Source: a bacterium (lineage in GTDB: Bacteria > UBA8248 > JACPRG01 > G963555815). From it: 64,000 bases of DNA. Positions within the stretch are counted from its first letter, which is position 1. Every line of letters starts with the position of its first letter. The notes under the pieces are model-generated. The model was given only the letters and a program-made list of their open reading frames with translations, did no database searches and was not told the origin of the DNA. This document shows, in pieces, positions 19,030-28,852 of the stretch. The DNA is taken from positions 160,001 to 224,000 of the forward strand of contig CAUVWX020000002.1 in assembly GCA_963555815.3 (NCBI GenBank). The letters are read 5' to 3'. The position numbers and the translations under genes are program-made.

Positions 19030-19845
19030 TCACCCATTGGTCTCCTGGGTATTGACAAGCATCCCCTGAAGCATACGCACCGAGGCCGGCGCATGGCCCG
19101 CATAGTGGTTGTTGAAGTAGGCTAGGATATCAAGCTTCCGCTCTAGAAGATCCTGAAAGACAGGGACCCATCGGAGCAGATCTTCAGTGCGGTCAATCAC
19201 CACCCTGTCCCAGGTGTCGGTCATCCCCTCAATCTTTTTTCGATCGCCAAGCCAGCGGACGAAGACGAAATCTGCCGTCACAGGGTCCACCTTATTCACC
19301 AGCTCGTCGATCTTGTTCATCCAGGGGTGATCTATGAGTGTGAAGGCCACCCCGTGATCCCGTAGGATGCTCAGAAGCTCTTCTTCCACCCAGGCCTTGT
19401 TCCGCACCTCGACAGCAAAGCGATAGCCCTGGGGGAGCTTCCCGAGGAACTTCCTGAGGCGGTCGAAAAAGGGTTTCGGGCTGGGAAATCTCTTCCTGTT
19501 GAAGTAGGGGAATTGGAAGAGGAGCGGACTGAGTTTATCTTCTAAGAGGTCCATTACCCCAAGGAAGGTTCTAAGGTCCTCTCCGCAGTCCTGCAGTACT
19601 TTTTCATGAGTGATGACCTGGGGAACCTTGGCCGAGAAGACGAAACCATCGGGGAGCTTTCGCCTCCAGCCCTCAACTGTCCTGGCAGAAGGGCTCCTGT
19701 AGAAGGTGGCATCGCACTCGACAGTATTGAACTTCTGGGCGTAGGCTACTAGGTAGCCAGAAGGGCGGGTCCCAGGTGGGTAAAAACTCTTCCCCCATCC
19801 CTCCGCCGTCCAGCTTGAAGTCCCTAGTAACAGCCGTCCATTCAC
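19030..19845 (-). CDS. DUF72 family protein
   Basis: GTSSW, TVECDATFY, FSAKVPQVITH, LLFQFP, AVEVR, YFNNHYAGHA. Confidence 0.9.
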   Translation of the reverse strand: MNGRLLLGTSSWTAEGWGKSFYPPGTRPSGYLVAYAQKFNTVECDATFYRSPSARTVEGWRRKLPDGFVFSAKVPQVITHEKVLQDCGEDLRTFLGVMDLLEDKLSPLLFQFPYFNRKRFPSPKPFFDRLRKFLGKLPQGYRFAVEVRNKAWVEEELLSILRDHGVAFTLIDHPWMNKIDELVNKVDPVTADFVFVRWLGDRKKIEGMTDTWDRVVIDRTEDLLRWVPVFQDLLERKLDILAYFNNHYAGHAPASVRMLQGMLVNTQETNG

Positions 19846-19966
19846 TTCCTCACCTCTAGAATGAGTTGCTCTGTCAGTCTAGCAGGACACCATAATATCG
19901 GGAACAGCTTCTATATTCCTTCAGGCGAGGGTATCATTTAGCCATAGGTTCCACTTCAGGGGACAG

Positions 19967-20974
19967 TTGGCAAACATCGACCTGCGGTCCAGGTCCATAC
20001 ACATTCTGCATGCACTTAGGAACGTCATAAGACGGATATACCGCATCTCATTCTGCTGTATGGCCTTTGCCTTGGTCGCATGCGGATCGCCGAAAGATTT
20101 TATCAGGGCGACAAGCGATTTCGCGGCGGCAACGGCGACCGTATCCGAGGCATACCGCCAGCAAATAATGGTGATCCACACCCTGGAGGCAGATACCCAT
20201 CTCCGCATTGCTCGCCTAAACCCGGAAGAAGATCTGAACCTGAAAACATTAAGGGATGTTAGAACCTTCAGCGAAGACGCGCTCAACGCAAGGCTTGACG
20301 CGGTCGATGCAGTCGTGATCTATGCAAACCTTCTCGCGGAGGCTGCCGGTGACGACATTGGGGCCACTTTTGCAGAGAAAGTTGAAGCCGCAAGCATCTC
20401 CTTCCAGGGCCTTAGCAAGCGATTTTCTGATGCAACAAACGATCCAACGGATGGTGAGAAGCTTTTGGAGGTGGGCGGGCTTTTCACCACAATCGCTTCA
20501 AACCTCGGTCGAACGATCCTGGAGAGACAACAGGCATCGGCGATTCGAATGGCGGTTATTTCAGCCGAGCCTGACATATCCAAAATCCTGGACCTTCTCA
20601 AAGATGACATTGCTGTCTTCAAGATTCTCCGGGGCACGAAAGCGGATGAGCGATTGAAGGAAGTAATAGTCGCCTACAACGCCAAAGTGAAGGCCCATCG
20701 CGCCAACCCGACCGAGAGCAAGTTTCCGGGCAAAGCGCATGAACAGGCACACATCTTGGTAGCTGAGGAGTACGGGACGTTTAACGCCCTGTCCCTGACT
20801 CAGCGTCGCCTAAGCGACGTTCTCATTGCCCTTGATAAAGCTAACGAGGCGCTCGCCAAAGTCGCGGAATCCAAAGACAGAGAGCGCTCCACAAGTGAAC
20901 TCCTTGCCACAACCCAAGAGTTGCGGATACGGGTGGAAGCTGTACTAAAGTCCATCGAGGCTCTGAAGAAATGA
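19967..20974 (+). CDS. Alpha-helical coiled-coil lipoprotein (start uncertain)
   Basis: Lipobox LVAC followed by long amphipathic helices. Confidence 0.7.
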   Translation: MANIDLRSRSIHILHALRNVIRRIYRISFCCMAFALVACGSPKDFIRATSDFAAATATVSEAYRQQIMVIHTLEADTHLRIARLNPEEDLNLKTLRDVRTFSEDALNARLDAVDAVVIYANLLAEAAGDDIGATFAEKVEAASISFQGLSKRFSDATNDPTDGEKLLEVGGLFTTIASNLGRTILERQQASAIRMAVISAEPDISKILDLLKDDIAVFKILRGTKADERLKEVIVAYNAKVKAHRANPTESKFPGKAHEQAHILVAEEYGTFNALSLTQRRLSDVLIALDKANEALAKVAESKDRERSTSELLATTQELRIRVEAVLKSIEALKK

Positions 20975-20996
20975 AGGAGCTACGAAGGAGAGAGCA

Positions 20997-21356
20997 ATGA
21001 GCCGGGAAGTCCCTGAGTCTCTAGAGAACATGGGCCAGTTGGCGCGGCGGATCGATGATCAAGAGGCAGACTCTCAAAACGGCCTGACGAATCAGGAGCG
21101 TGACGATCTCAAAAGAGAATTGCGCAAGATAAGGATGGAGATGTCCGAACTTGCCCGTGGAATATTCGATGCGACCTCAGGGGGCTTCGCCGAAGCTAAG
21201 AATAAACTAGACGGACATGTGCAAACACTTAGCAGTAAACTTACTCAACTTCGACGGGCGGCCGAAATTGCAGATGACGTCAAGAACATCGCTGCGTCCG
21301 TAGATGAACTGCTAGCGTTGGCATCATCGATCGCCAGCCGGGCGAAGCCACTTTGA
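20997..21356 (+). CDS. Small coiled-coil hypothetical protein
   Basis: AAGGAG RBS, 22 bp after the lipoprotein gene. Confidence 0.7.
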   Translation: MSREVPESLENMGQLARRIDDQEADSQNGLTNQERDDLKRELRKIRMEMSELARGIFDATSGGFAEAKNKLDGHVQTLSSKLTQLRRAAEIADDVKNIAASVDELLALASSIASRAKPL

Positions 21357-21864
21357 TCGATTAGGCCCGCGTTCCAACGAATACACTTACATTCGTCTTC
21401 CAGCCAAAGAACTTCTATGAAGGTCGTCGAACCAAATGGGTTGGAAAGCTCACTAGCGACGAAGTGTTTCCATTCATGCGAGAATCTGGAAATTCTACCC
21501 GGGATCATTGACTACTGGGTGGGCCACGAGTTGCTTCAGTCGCTACCCATCGGACCCGTTCGACTTCACAGCTATCCCGATCCATCCAGCCAAACAGTTC
21601 TGCCTGGCCCATGTCCGGAAGGGAACTCTCGTTGGGTAAAGGGGTTTCGAAAGCCCGTTGACAGGGCTATTAGAAGTGATTTTAATGGATTAAAGCACCG
21701 ATGACGCCTGGAAGGGCATCATCCCAGGTTGAAATAAAAAATTCCCATCAAGATCAATCCGAGGTCATCGGCTGTGCGAGCGCCGGCGTTTAGTCAGGAG
21801 CACGGTCCTCAAATCCTCGGACGAGAGCATCGGAAGTAATCCTCTGGAAAGAGAGGATCAAGCA

Positions 21865-23350
21865 ATGGGCAGGCTCAAGGGTTTGACCTCTCCCGTTTCT
21901 TATTTGAATACCCTCCCCAAAATACTGACTGCATTAGCAACCTTAATTGGAGCAATAACTGCATTAATCTTGGTTTTGTCTCCTCCTAATATGCCTGATG
22001 AAGAGATGGAAAGGACGGGGCCCCCTGGGGGGGGGCGTACAACACAAGCCCACTGACGAGGGGGCTGAAGTGCTCTCTTTACTTAAGCGGGCGGACGCTC
22101 ATTTTGTCCTCTTAAGGTTTGTGACGCCCAAAGATGGCAATGCGCATGAGACGCTTGTGAAAGTCCTGGAGCTTGACCCAGGGAACGAACGGGCATTGAA
22201 GAAAATTCAGGAGATTTCGGAGATTTACCGTGGGTGGGGCAAGGCGGATTTTAGGAAGATGAAATTTTCTAGGGCAAGGGGACACTTTGAAAAGGTCCTC
22301 TTAATCCATCCTGAGGACCGGGGCGCTCAGGACTGGTTAGAGGCCATTGAGCAGGCCGGGGAGGAAGTTCGCATAACAGTGCGGGAACCGGAGGAGCAAG
22401 ATCGCCTTGCCTTACTTGAGCAAGAGCAAAAAGAGGACGAAAGGACACGCAGGGAGGAGGTGTTAGAAGAAGTACTACAAGTACTACGAAGAGAGGGAGA
22501 ACCAGAAGCACCACCAAGATTTGAGGCTGAAGACGGTTTCCTGCGGCGCGTAGGAGAATTTTCAGGGGTAGAAGGGGTGTGGCGGGTAGTCAGGACCGGC
22601 GAGGACACGACCGACGGTGGGACTCCCTTCCCTTCGGAAAGGACCTTCACTCTGGTGCTCCGAGCGGATGGAAGCACGCTTCGCGGATCTATGTCGACCC
22701 ATTCGATGGGCACTCTCCCGTCTGAAAACTTTTGGGCGGACGAGATCACGAATGAGCATTGTGGCAAGGCGCCGGACGGTCGAGTCAGGCACGCAGAGAG
22801 CCGTCAACCTCTGGGGGGAACGGTTTTTGAGGGGGAGTTTGTACATTTCACCTCGTCTCCTGGAGAGATCGTGGTGGATGATTGCAGCCTTCTTCAAAAG
22901 CACGGGGTGGACCGTCTCTTGGACACGGGGTCCTTTAACGGGGAACTTTCCCCGGACGGTAGCTCCATCACCCTGGACTGGGAGTGGGCCGAATTCCTGG
23001 GCGGCGGAAACATAGTCTTGAAGAAGGTGGATGAAGAACCCCTGCCGCTCGTGTTCGATGATCCGGGGGTCCGAGGGGCCACGAACCTCTTAATCGTTTA
23101 TGAGGATCGTTACGAAAAGAAACAAAAGGAGCTTGTCTCGCAACTTCGCGCTCTCGGCTATAACCCGAGGCTGGGGAACGTTTCGAAGGGGTTTTCCTGC
23201 AGTGCGAATGCACGAAGCCTGGCGTTGGGGGGCGGGACCGACCCCGCAGTCCTGGATGAGCTTCGCAGCAAAGCAGATGACGTGATGCCGAATTTCTTTA
23301 CAGAGTGGTTAGATGATAGCGACCTTAACCACATTTACTTGTGTGGTTAA
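21865..23350 (+). pseudogene. Membrane-anchored TPR-containing hypothetical protein split by a G9 tract
   Basis: Removing one G at 22027-22035 joins ORF 21865 (TM helix) to ORF 21998 (TPR-like KVLELDPGN, KVLLIHPED). Confidence 0.65.
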
Positions 23351-23425
23351 TGAGAGTTTATCGTTGTCCTTCAGGACTTAAGAGTGGACAATTGTGCGGT
23401 GGTTCCCCAAGTGGAATTAAGTGAG

Positions 23426-23515
23426 GATCCCGAGAAAATTGGGGTATTTGGTATGGTCCAGGGGGGACTCCGCCCCTTTTTCGCCCCTGCATGGGGGGCT
23501 ACCCCCCCCTTCCGG
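23426..23515. repeat. G/C-tract dispersed repeat, copy C
   Basis: GATCCCGAGAAAATTGGGGTATTTGGTATGGTC...GGGACTCCGCC...GGGGGGCTACCCCCCCC. Confidence 0.8.
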
Positions 23516-23666
23516 TAGGAAGGACGGAGGGGTCTCCAAAAAGTCTCCAAATTGCACCCTTAAGGCGGTATGCTGCGGTATACGGTTGGGGACAGCTGAT
23601 TTCGGAATCCATTGATAATGTGGGGATTGAAAGCAACAGCGGGGGTCCGGAGATGGGCCAAAAACC

Positions 23667-23712
23667 GACTGGCAGTCATGAGGTCGGCGGTTCGATCTCG
23701 CTCAGCTACACA
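23667..23712 (+). pseudogene. Degenerate 3' half of tRNA-Ala(GGC); att-site remnant
   Basis: GACTGGCAGTCATGAGGTCGGCGGTTCGATCTCGCTCAGCTACACA: anticodon loop, T arm and decayed acceptor strand; no 5' half. Confidence 0.7.
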
Positions 23713-23721
23713 AATTAAATC

Positions 23722-23754
23722 AAGGGGTTGAGAGACTCTCGCAGCCCCTTTTTT
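23722..23754 (+). terminator. Rho-independent terminator-like hairpin
   Basis: AAGGGGTTGAGAG...TCGCAGCCCCTT followed by T run. Confidence 0.55.
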
Positions 23755-23832
23755 ATTTGCTCGATTCCAGAAAATGTCTGAATGGCCGTTGTCGCCCAAG
23801 CGCTTCCCCTTCACCTCGTCTTGAGCGTTTTC

Positions 23833-23997
23833 TCATCTCGCATCCAGTGGACGGATGGGTCGGACGACTCCCACGGCTTTGCGAAGGGCCATCCTTGCGA
23901 TGTTGACATCTGCCAAGGCGGAGAAGGAATTTGTCCTCGCCTCTAGCTCCGCACTTTGCGCGATGAGGAGACTTTCGATCGTCCCCTTTGCCGTCAT
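23833..23997 (-). pseudogene. C-terminal fragment of a TolC-family protein
   Basis: GTIESLLIAQSAELEARTNSFSALADVNIARMALRKAVG resembles the final OEP helix pair. Confidence 0.45.
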
Positions 23998-24142
23998 TCA
24001 ACTCGGGGTGCCCGATGCGAGAAGTCTCAGGAACCTCTTTTCTTCGATGTGTCAACCTGAAATGGCTTGAGATCTGGGGATCTAAGAGGAATGGAGCAGA
24101 ATCAGGGAGACGGGTGGGATATCCGCTCCCCCGGGAGGGGCC

Positions 24143-25171
24143 CTAAATCCCACACCTCTTCATCTTCTGGTAAAGAGTTTTTCGATTGATCTGGAGGACG
24201 CGGGCCGCCCTCGACCGATTGTTTTTGGCGAGGTTTAGGGCCGTCTGGATGGCCTCCCGCTCCACCTGCTCAACGATGCGCTGACTCATCTCCGTCAAGC
24301 CCAACCCCTCCTCCAGCCAGGACGCGATGTCCAGGTGGCCATTGTCCCCACCGGAGCTGTTCTTGCCGTTCATAAAGGTCAAGTGATCTGGTCCGATGAC
24401 CCCCTTCGCCAGGAGCATGGCGCGCCGGACAATGTTTCTCAGCTCGCGCACATTGCCCGGGAAGGGATAGGCGAGGAGTGTGTCCATGGCCTCTTCCGAG
24501 AACCCTTCGATCTCCTTGTTCAACTCCGCGTTGGTTTCCTCCCGGAAACGATTGGCCAGGTGAGGGACATCTTCTTTTCTCTCTCGAAGGGCCGGGATCT
24601 TGATGATGAACTCGCTCAGCCGGTGATAGAGGTCCGCCCGGAAGTTCTCCTTCCTGACCTCTTCCTCCAGGTTCACGTTTGAGGCCACCAGGAGTCTTCC
24701 CTTCAGGGGAACGGGTTTTTTACCCCCGACGGGCAAAAAGGCCTTCTCCTCAAGGGCCCTCAGAAACTTGCGCTGCATCTCCGGCGTCAGGCCCGTGATC
24801 TCATCTAGGAGCAGGGTCCCACCGCCGGCCACCGCCAGGAGTCCCGGGACCTTTGAGTCCGCCCCCGTGAAGGCCCCCTTCTCGTGGCCGAAGAGCTCGC
24901 TCTCAAAGAGCGACCCTGACATGGCCCCGCAGTCGACGCCGAGGAAGGGCATTGCCCTTCTCTTGCTCCGGTGATGGATCTGCCGGGCGACGACCTCTTT
25001 TCCTGTCCCCGTCTCTCCTTGGATGATGACCGTGTAATCGGTCTTTGCGATTTGCTCGATGGCGAGGGACAGCTCCTCGATGGCCCGGCTTCTCCCCATC
25101 AGGGGCTTGAGCCCATTTGGGCCTGTGTCCCGAGGGGCCGCTGCGTCCGTTGAGAGATTAGGGCTGCTCAC
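24143..25171 (-). CDS. Sigma-54-dependent activator (AAA+ plus Fis HTH, no input domain)
   Basis: GETGTGKE, ESELFGHEKGAFTGA, LLDEI, FRADLYHRL, PGNVREL, NRSRAARVL. Confidence 0.93.
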   Translation of the reverse strand: MSSPNLSTDAAAPRDTGPNGLKPLMGRSRAIEELSLAIEQIAKTDYTVIIQGETGTGKEVVARQIHHRSKRRAMPFLGVDCGAMSGSLFESELFGHEKGAFTGADSKVPGLLAVAGGGTLLLDEITGLTPEMQRKFLRALEEKAFLPVGGKKPVPLKGRLLVASNVNLEEEVRKENFRADLYHRLSEFIIKIPALRERKEDVPHLANRFREETNAELNKEIEGFSEEAMDTLLAYPFPGNVRELRNIVRRAMLLAKGVIGPDHLTFMNGKNSSGGDNGHLDIASWLEEGLGLTEMSQRIVEQVEREAIQTALNLAKNNRSRAARVLQINRKTLYQKMKRCGI

Positions 25172-25207
25172 CGCGCATCACCTCCCACCTGAGGGTCTAA
25201 GAGGCCC

Positions 25208-25579
25208 TCAGTTCGCCATTAAACCGAGGATCTTGAGCCACACGTTCTTCTCGAGATGGTTGAGGTCAAGGGGTTTCGTGATGTAATCGTCGGCCCCCAT
25301 CTGGCGAGCCAAGTGAATGACCTCCTCGTCCACCACCCCGGTTATCATGATCACCCCGAGACTGGGGTTCTTCTCCTTTGCCCGAGCCAGGACCTCCATC
25401 CCGTCCATCCCCGGCATGCGAACGTCGAGGAGCATCACGAGGGGCTTCTCGGAGTCCACCTTGCTGAGGGCCTCCTCGCCCCCGCTGGCGGTGATCGGCT
25501 CATACCCCTTTCCCTGGAAGAATTCTCCCAGGGTTTGGCAGGTGAGGGGCTCGTCATCCACGATCAGGATTTTTTTCAT
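25208..25579 (-). CDS. Single-domain response regulator
   Basis: ILIVDDE, LLDVRMPGMDG, IT, KP. Confidence 0.93.
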   Translation of the reverse strand: MKKILIVDDEPLTCQTLGEFFQGKGYEPITASGGEEALSKVDSEKPLVMLLDVRMPGMDGMEVLARAKEKNPSLGVIMITGVVDEEVIHLARQMGADDYITKPLDLNHLEKNVWLKILGLMAN

Positions 25580-26439
25580 GGGCGCTCTCCTTTGACGGGG
25601 ACTGGGAGCTCGACGCGGAAGGTGGAGCCCTTCCCCTCTGTGCTCTCTACGCTGATTTTGCCGTCGTAGCTTTCGACAATCTCACGACAGATCGATAAAC
25701 CCAGCCCCGTCCCCCGGTCCTGGGGCTTGGTCGTAAAAAAGGGTTCGAAGAGCTTGAGCAGGTTTTCCCTCGAGATCCCGCAGCCCGTGTCAGAGAAGGA
25801 GACCTCTACCGTCTTCTTTCCGTTTACGCCCTTCACCCGCGCCGAGACCGTGAGGGAGCCTCCCTGGGGCATGGCGTCCTTGGCATTGGAGATCAGATTT
25901 AGGAAGACCTGGGAGAGCTGGCGGCGATCGGCCTGAATTTCTGGGAGCCCCTGGGCCAGCTCCTTTTGCAGGTGGATATTGGCCAGCTGCAGCTCTCGGC
26001 CAAGTAAAGAGAGGGTCTCTTCGATCACCTCATCGACCTGCATGTTGGTTTGTATGACAGGCTCTGTCCGCGAAAATCGGCGAAGCTGGTCTGTGATCGT
26101 GACAATCCGCTGGACCTGCTCGAGGATGCCCTGAAACCTTTCCCTGAGAGGAGGTTCCAAATCGGGGCTTGCGAGGGCGAGCTGGGCCTGCATGGAGATG
26201 ATGCTGAGGGGGTTTAAGATTTCGTGGCAGGCCCCTGCCGTCAGCCGGCCAAGGGAGGCGAGCTTCTCAGAGGAGATGAGTTGTCCCCGGGCCCCTTTTG
26301 CCCACCTGTTTTGGCGTGGCGAGGATTTTCGGGGGATGACCCCCGTCTTCGCCGCCGGTTTCCGTTGCCTCTCTTCTTTGGCCTTCATTTCTTTCGCCCT
26401 TCCTGGTTCAAAGGCGCCTTTTTCCTCAGTGTTTCCCAA
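25576..26439 (-). CDS. Cytoplasmic NtrB-type histidine kinase without sensor domain
   Basis: HEILNPL, NLISNA, DTGCG, FEPFFTTK, GTGLGL; no TM segment. Confidence 0.9.
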   Translation of the reverse strand: MGNTEEKGAFEPGRAKEMKAKEERQRKPAAKTGVIPRKSSPRQNRWAKGARGQLISSEKLASLGRLTAGACHEILNPLSIISMQAQLALASPDLEPPLRERFQGILEQVQRIVTITDQLRRFSRTEPVIQTNMQVDEVIEETLSLLGRELQLANIHLQKELAQGLPEIQADRRQLSQVFLNLISNAKDAMPQGGSLTVSARVKGVNGKKTVEVSFSDTGCGISRENLLKLFEPFFTTKPQDRGTGLGLSICREIVESYDGKISVESTEGKGSTFRVELPVPVKGERP

Positions 26440-26959
26440 TGACCCCTTGCACGACTGTCTCTATGTCCGCCAGCGAGACGGGCTTCCTCAGGAGGATGAA
26501 AGGGCCCATTTCAAGGGCCCGACGGAGGAGGGCCTCATCTGACGTAGATGTGATGACGACGACCTTGGCGCTGGGGGCAAACTTCTTTACGGCCTTAAAG
26601 ACCTCAACCCCGTTCATCCCTGGCAGCTTGAGGTCGAGGAAGACGAGATCAAACTGCCCTTGCCTGGCTAGCTCGATGGCCTCCTCTCCGGTTTGAGTCG
26701 TGACAACACCGTACGGGAGAAGAAAGGCCATCTCTTTGAACGCGTTACAGACGCTCTCTTCGTCATCTACCACCAAGACCCGGGGGCCCGGGCGAGTTCC
26801 CTGGCCGTCAAGCCAACTCTCCAGTGTCCGCTGGCGAAGGCGCCACTGTCCGCCGACCTTGAAGGCGGGGACCTTCCGCTGGTTCACAAGGGCGTAGAGG
26901 GTGGAGAGGCCGATCTTTAAGTAGTCGGCGGCTTGACGTAGCGTGAGGATGTTATCCAT
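26426..26959 (-). CDS. HTH_17 (excisionase-like) plus receiver domain regulator
   Basis: LTLRQAADYL...FKVGGQWR then VLVVDDE, FLDLKLPGMNG, KP. Confidence 0.9.
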   Translation of the reverse strand: MDNILTLRQAADYLKIGLSTLYALVNQRKVPAFKVGGQWRLRQRTLESWLDGQGTRPGPRVLVVDDEESVCNAFKEMAFLLPYGVVTTQTGEEAIELARQGQFDLVFLDLKLPGMNGVEVFKAVKKFAPSAKVVVITSTSDEALLRRALEMGPFILLRKPVSLADIETVVQGVIGKH

Positions 26960-27591
26960 ATGGAAAATCCTACCAAGATTCCTCGATGTTTGCTACTTTT
27001 CTTATTTTTTAGTAATTCTATGATTAAAATAACTGACTTATACAATTTATCAAGAAAATTATTTAATTATTTTGATTAACTATAAAAATACTATAATAGC
27101 ATTGAATATTCTGAATATTAGTTAACTTTTGTTGATATTACAATTACTTTAAGGTTTATGCGAAAACATATTGAATATGCTTGGAATAATGCTAAAATAT
27201 AGGTCGTTCTAAGGGGGTCTAGATGGTCATTTCAGGTGGAATGTACATTAACTGTGGACATGCAGGGGGAAAATGTACATCAAGGGTGAACATGTGTCGT
27301 CGCACTCCAAATAGGCCGTCCGTCAGATGTGCGAACGCCCGATGGACTCCGAGCCAGATGGCCTCCAAAGTCGACCACCCCTTCAGTCGATATCCATCCC
27401 GGCAAAGTTCTTTGGAGGACCAGCGCTGACAGAAATTTAGCACCTGAAACCTGTTGGGAGATGGAGCGCTCGGCTTTCTTGTTTCTTTCTTGTGTGGAAG
27501 GCCGAGGACCATTTTGTTCGAAGAATACCTTTCCCCGATGTGGGTTTTGGAGTAAAATTGGGCTGTTTTTTCCTTTGGGTCTTGCCGTGAA

Positions 27592-28377
27592 TTGAGAGAG
27601 GAGAGGAACGGAGTTTTGATCCAACGCCTTGGGAGCATGTGTCTTTTCGTCGTCCAGGAGATGGGACGGATGCTTCTTTTTCTCCTCGCGGTTGCTCAAG
27701 GCGCCTTTCGGCCCCCCTTCCGCTTGGGGCTCGTGGTCAAACGGATCAACTTCATCGGGGTTAAGTCCTTTTTCGTCATTGCCCTGACGGCCGCCTTCAC
27801 GGGGATGGTGCTTAGCCTTCAGGGCTTCTTCACGCTCCAAAAGTTTGGGGCCGAGGGACTCCTTGGCTCCGCGGTGGCCCTCAGTCTCATCCGAGAGTTA
27901 GGGCCCGTCCTCGCTGCCCTCATGGTGACGGGGCGGGCAGGTTCTGCGATGACGGCCGAGATCGGCATCATGGCCATCACCGAGCAGATTGATGCCCTCC
28001 GTGCTATGGCGGTGAACCCCATTAAATATTTGGTCGTCCCGAATCTCATCGCAGGACTCATCGCGGTCCCCCTCCTGACCGCTCTATTTGATGTGATTGG
28101 GATATTCGGGGGCTTTCTCGTGGGCGTGAAGCTCCTGGGGCTAAGCTCGGGGGCCTATTTTGGCCAGATGGAAGCCAGCGTGAGTTTTCAGGATATCAGT
28201 AGTGGCTTCTGGAAGTCGGTGAGCTTTGGGTTTCTGCTGACGTTCGTTGCGTGCTATAAAGGATACTTTGCCCGCCACGGGGCCGAGGGAGTCAGTAAGG
28301 CGATGACGCAGGCGGTCGTCATGGCCTCCGTCCTCATTCTGGTATGGGACTATTTCATGACGTCGCTATTCTTCTGA
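27592..28377 (+). CDS. mlaE: MlaE ABC permease
   Basis: LIRELGPVLAALMVTGRAGSAMTAEIG, EQIDAL, GAEGV. Confidence 0.92.
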   Translation: MREERNGVLIQRLGSMCLFVVQEMGRMLLFLLAVAQGAFRPPFRLGLVVKRINFIGVKSFFVIALTAAFTGMVLSLQGFFTLQKFGAEGLLGSAVALSLIRELGPVLAALMVTGRAGSAMTAEIGIMAITEQIDALRAMAVNPIKYLVVPNLIAGLIAVPLLTALFDVIGIFGGFLVGVKLLGLSSGAYFGQMEASVSFQDISSGFWKSVSFGFLLTFVACYKGYFARHGAEGVSKAMTQAVVMASVLILVWDYFMTSLFF

Positions 28378-28405
28378 GGTCGGGAGGCTTTTTGGGAGAG
28401 AGACC

Positions 28406-28852
28406 ATGAAGCGCGGAACGACTGAGACGATGGTCGGGCTCTTCATCCTGCTAGGCATTGCCGCCCTGGCCTACTTGGCCTTCCAGCTCGGGGATGTGCG
28501 ATTCTTGGGCGGTCAAGACTATACCGTGAGGGCCATCTTCCCCTCGGTTACCGGCCTCAAGGAGGGGGCGGGTGTGGAGATCGCGGGGGTGAAGGTGGGA
28601 AAGGTGGCGAGCATCTCGCTCCATGAGGGCCGGGCCTTGGTCACCCTCCGGATCCGGAAAGAAGTCGTCCTCGTCGAGGACGTGATCGCCTCAGTCAGGA
28701 CTAAGGGCATCATCGGGGACAAATATGTTCAGCTCGCCCCAGGTGGATCAGATAGGGTCATTCAGGCTGGGGGCCGAATTCGAGAGACTGTGCCGCCCGT
28801 GGATCTAGAAGAAATCATCGGCCAGTTCATCTTTGGTCGGATGGATCAATAG
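28406..28852 (+). CDS. mlaD: MlaD / MCE protein
   Basis: GLKEGAGVEIAGVKVGKV, TKGIIGDKYV. Confidence 0.92.
   Translation: MKRGTTETMVGLFILLGIAALAYLAFQLGDVRFLGGQDYTVRAIFPSVTGLKEGAGVEIAGVKVGKVASISLHEGRALVTLRIRKEVVLVEDVIASVRTKGIIGDKYVQLAPGGSDRVIQAGGRIRETVPPVDLEEIIGQFIFGRMDQ

Larger units (their letters stand above)
986..23712. mobile_element. Composite integrated island (phage-satellite-like core plus cargo); right boundary uncertain
   Basis: Integrase abuts tRNA-Phe; xis/helicase/origin module; accessory cargo; tRNA-fragment att remnant at 23667-23712. Confidence 0.7.

Noticed and set aside
21417..21704. 95-aa ORF after the coiled-coil pair
   Set aside because: No RBS or recognisable motif.
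27223..27429. Cys-rich 68-aa ORF upstream of mlaE
   Set aside because: No recognisable family; coding status unsupported.
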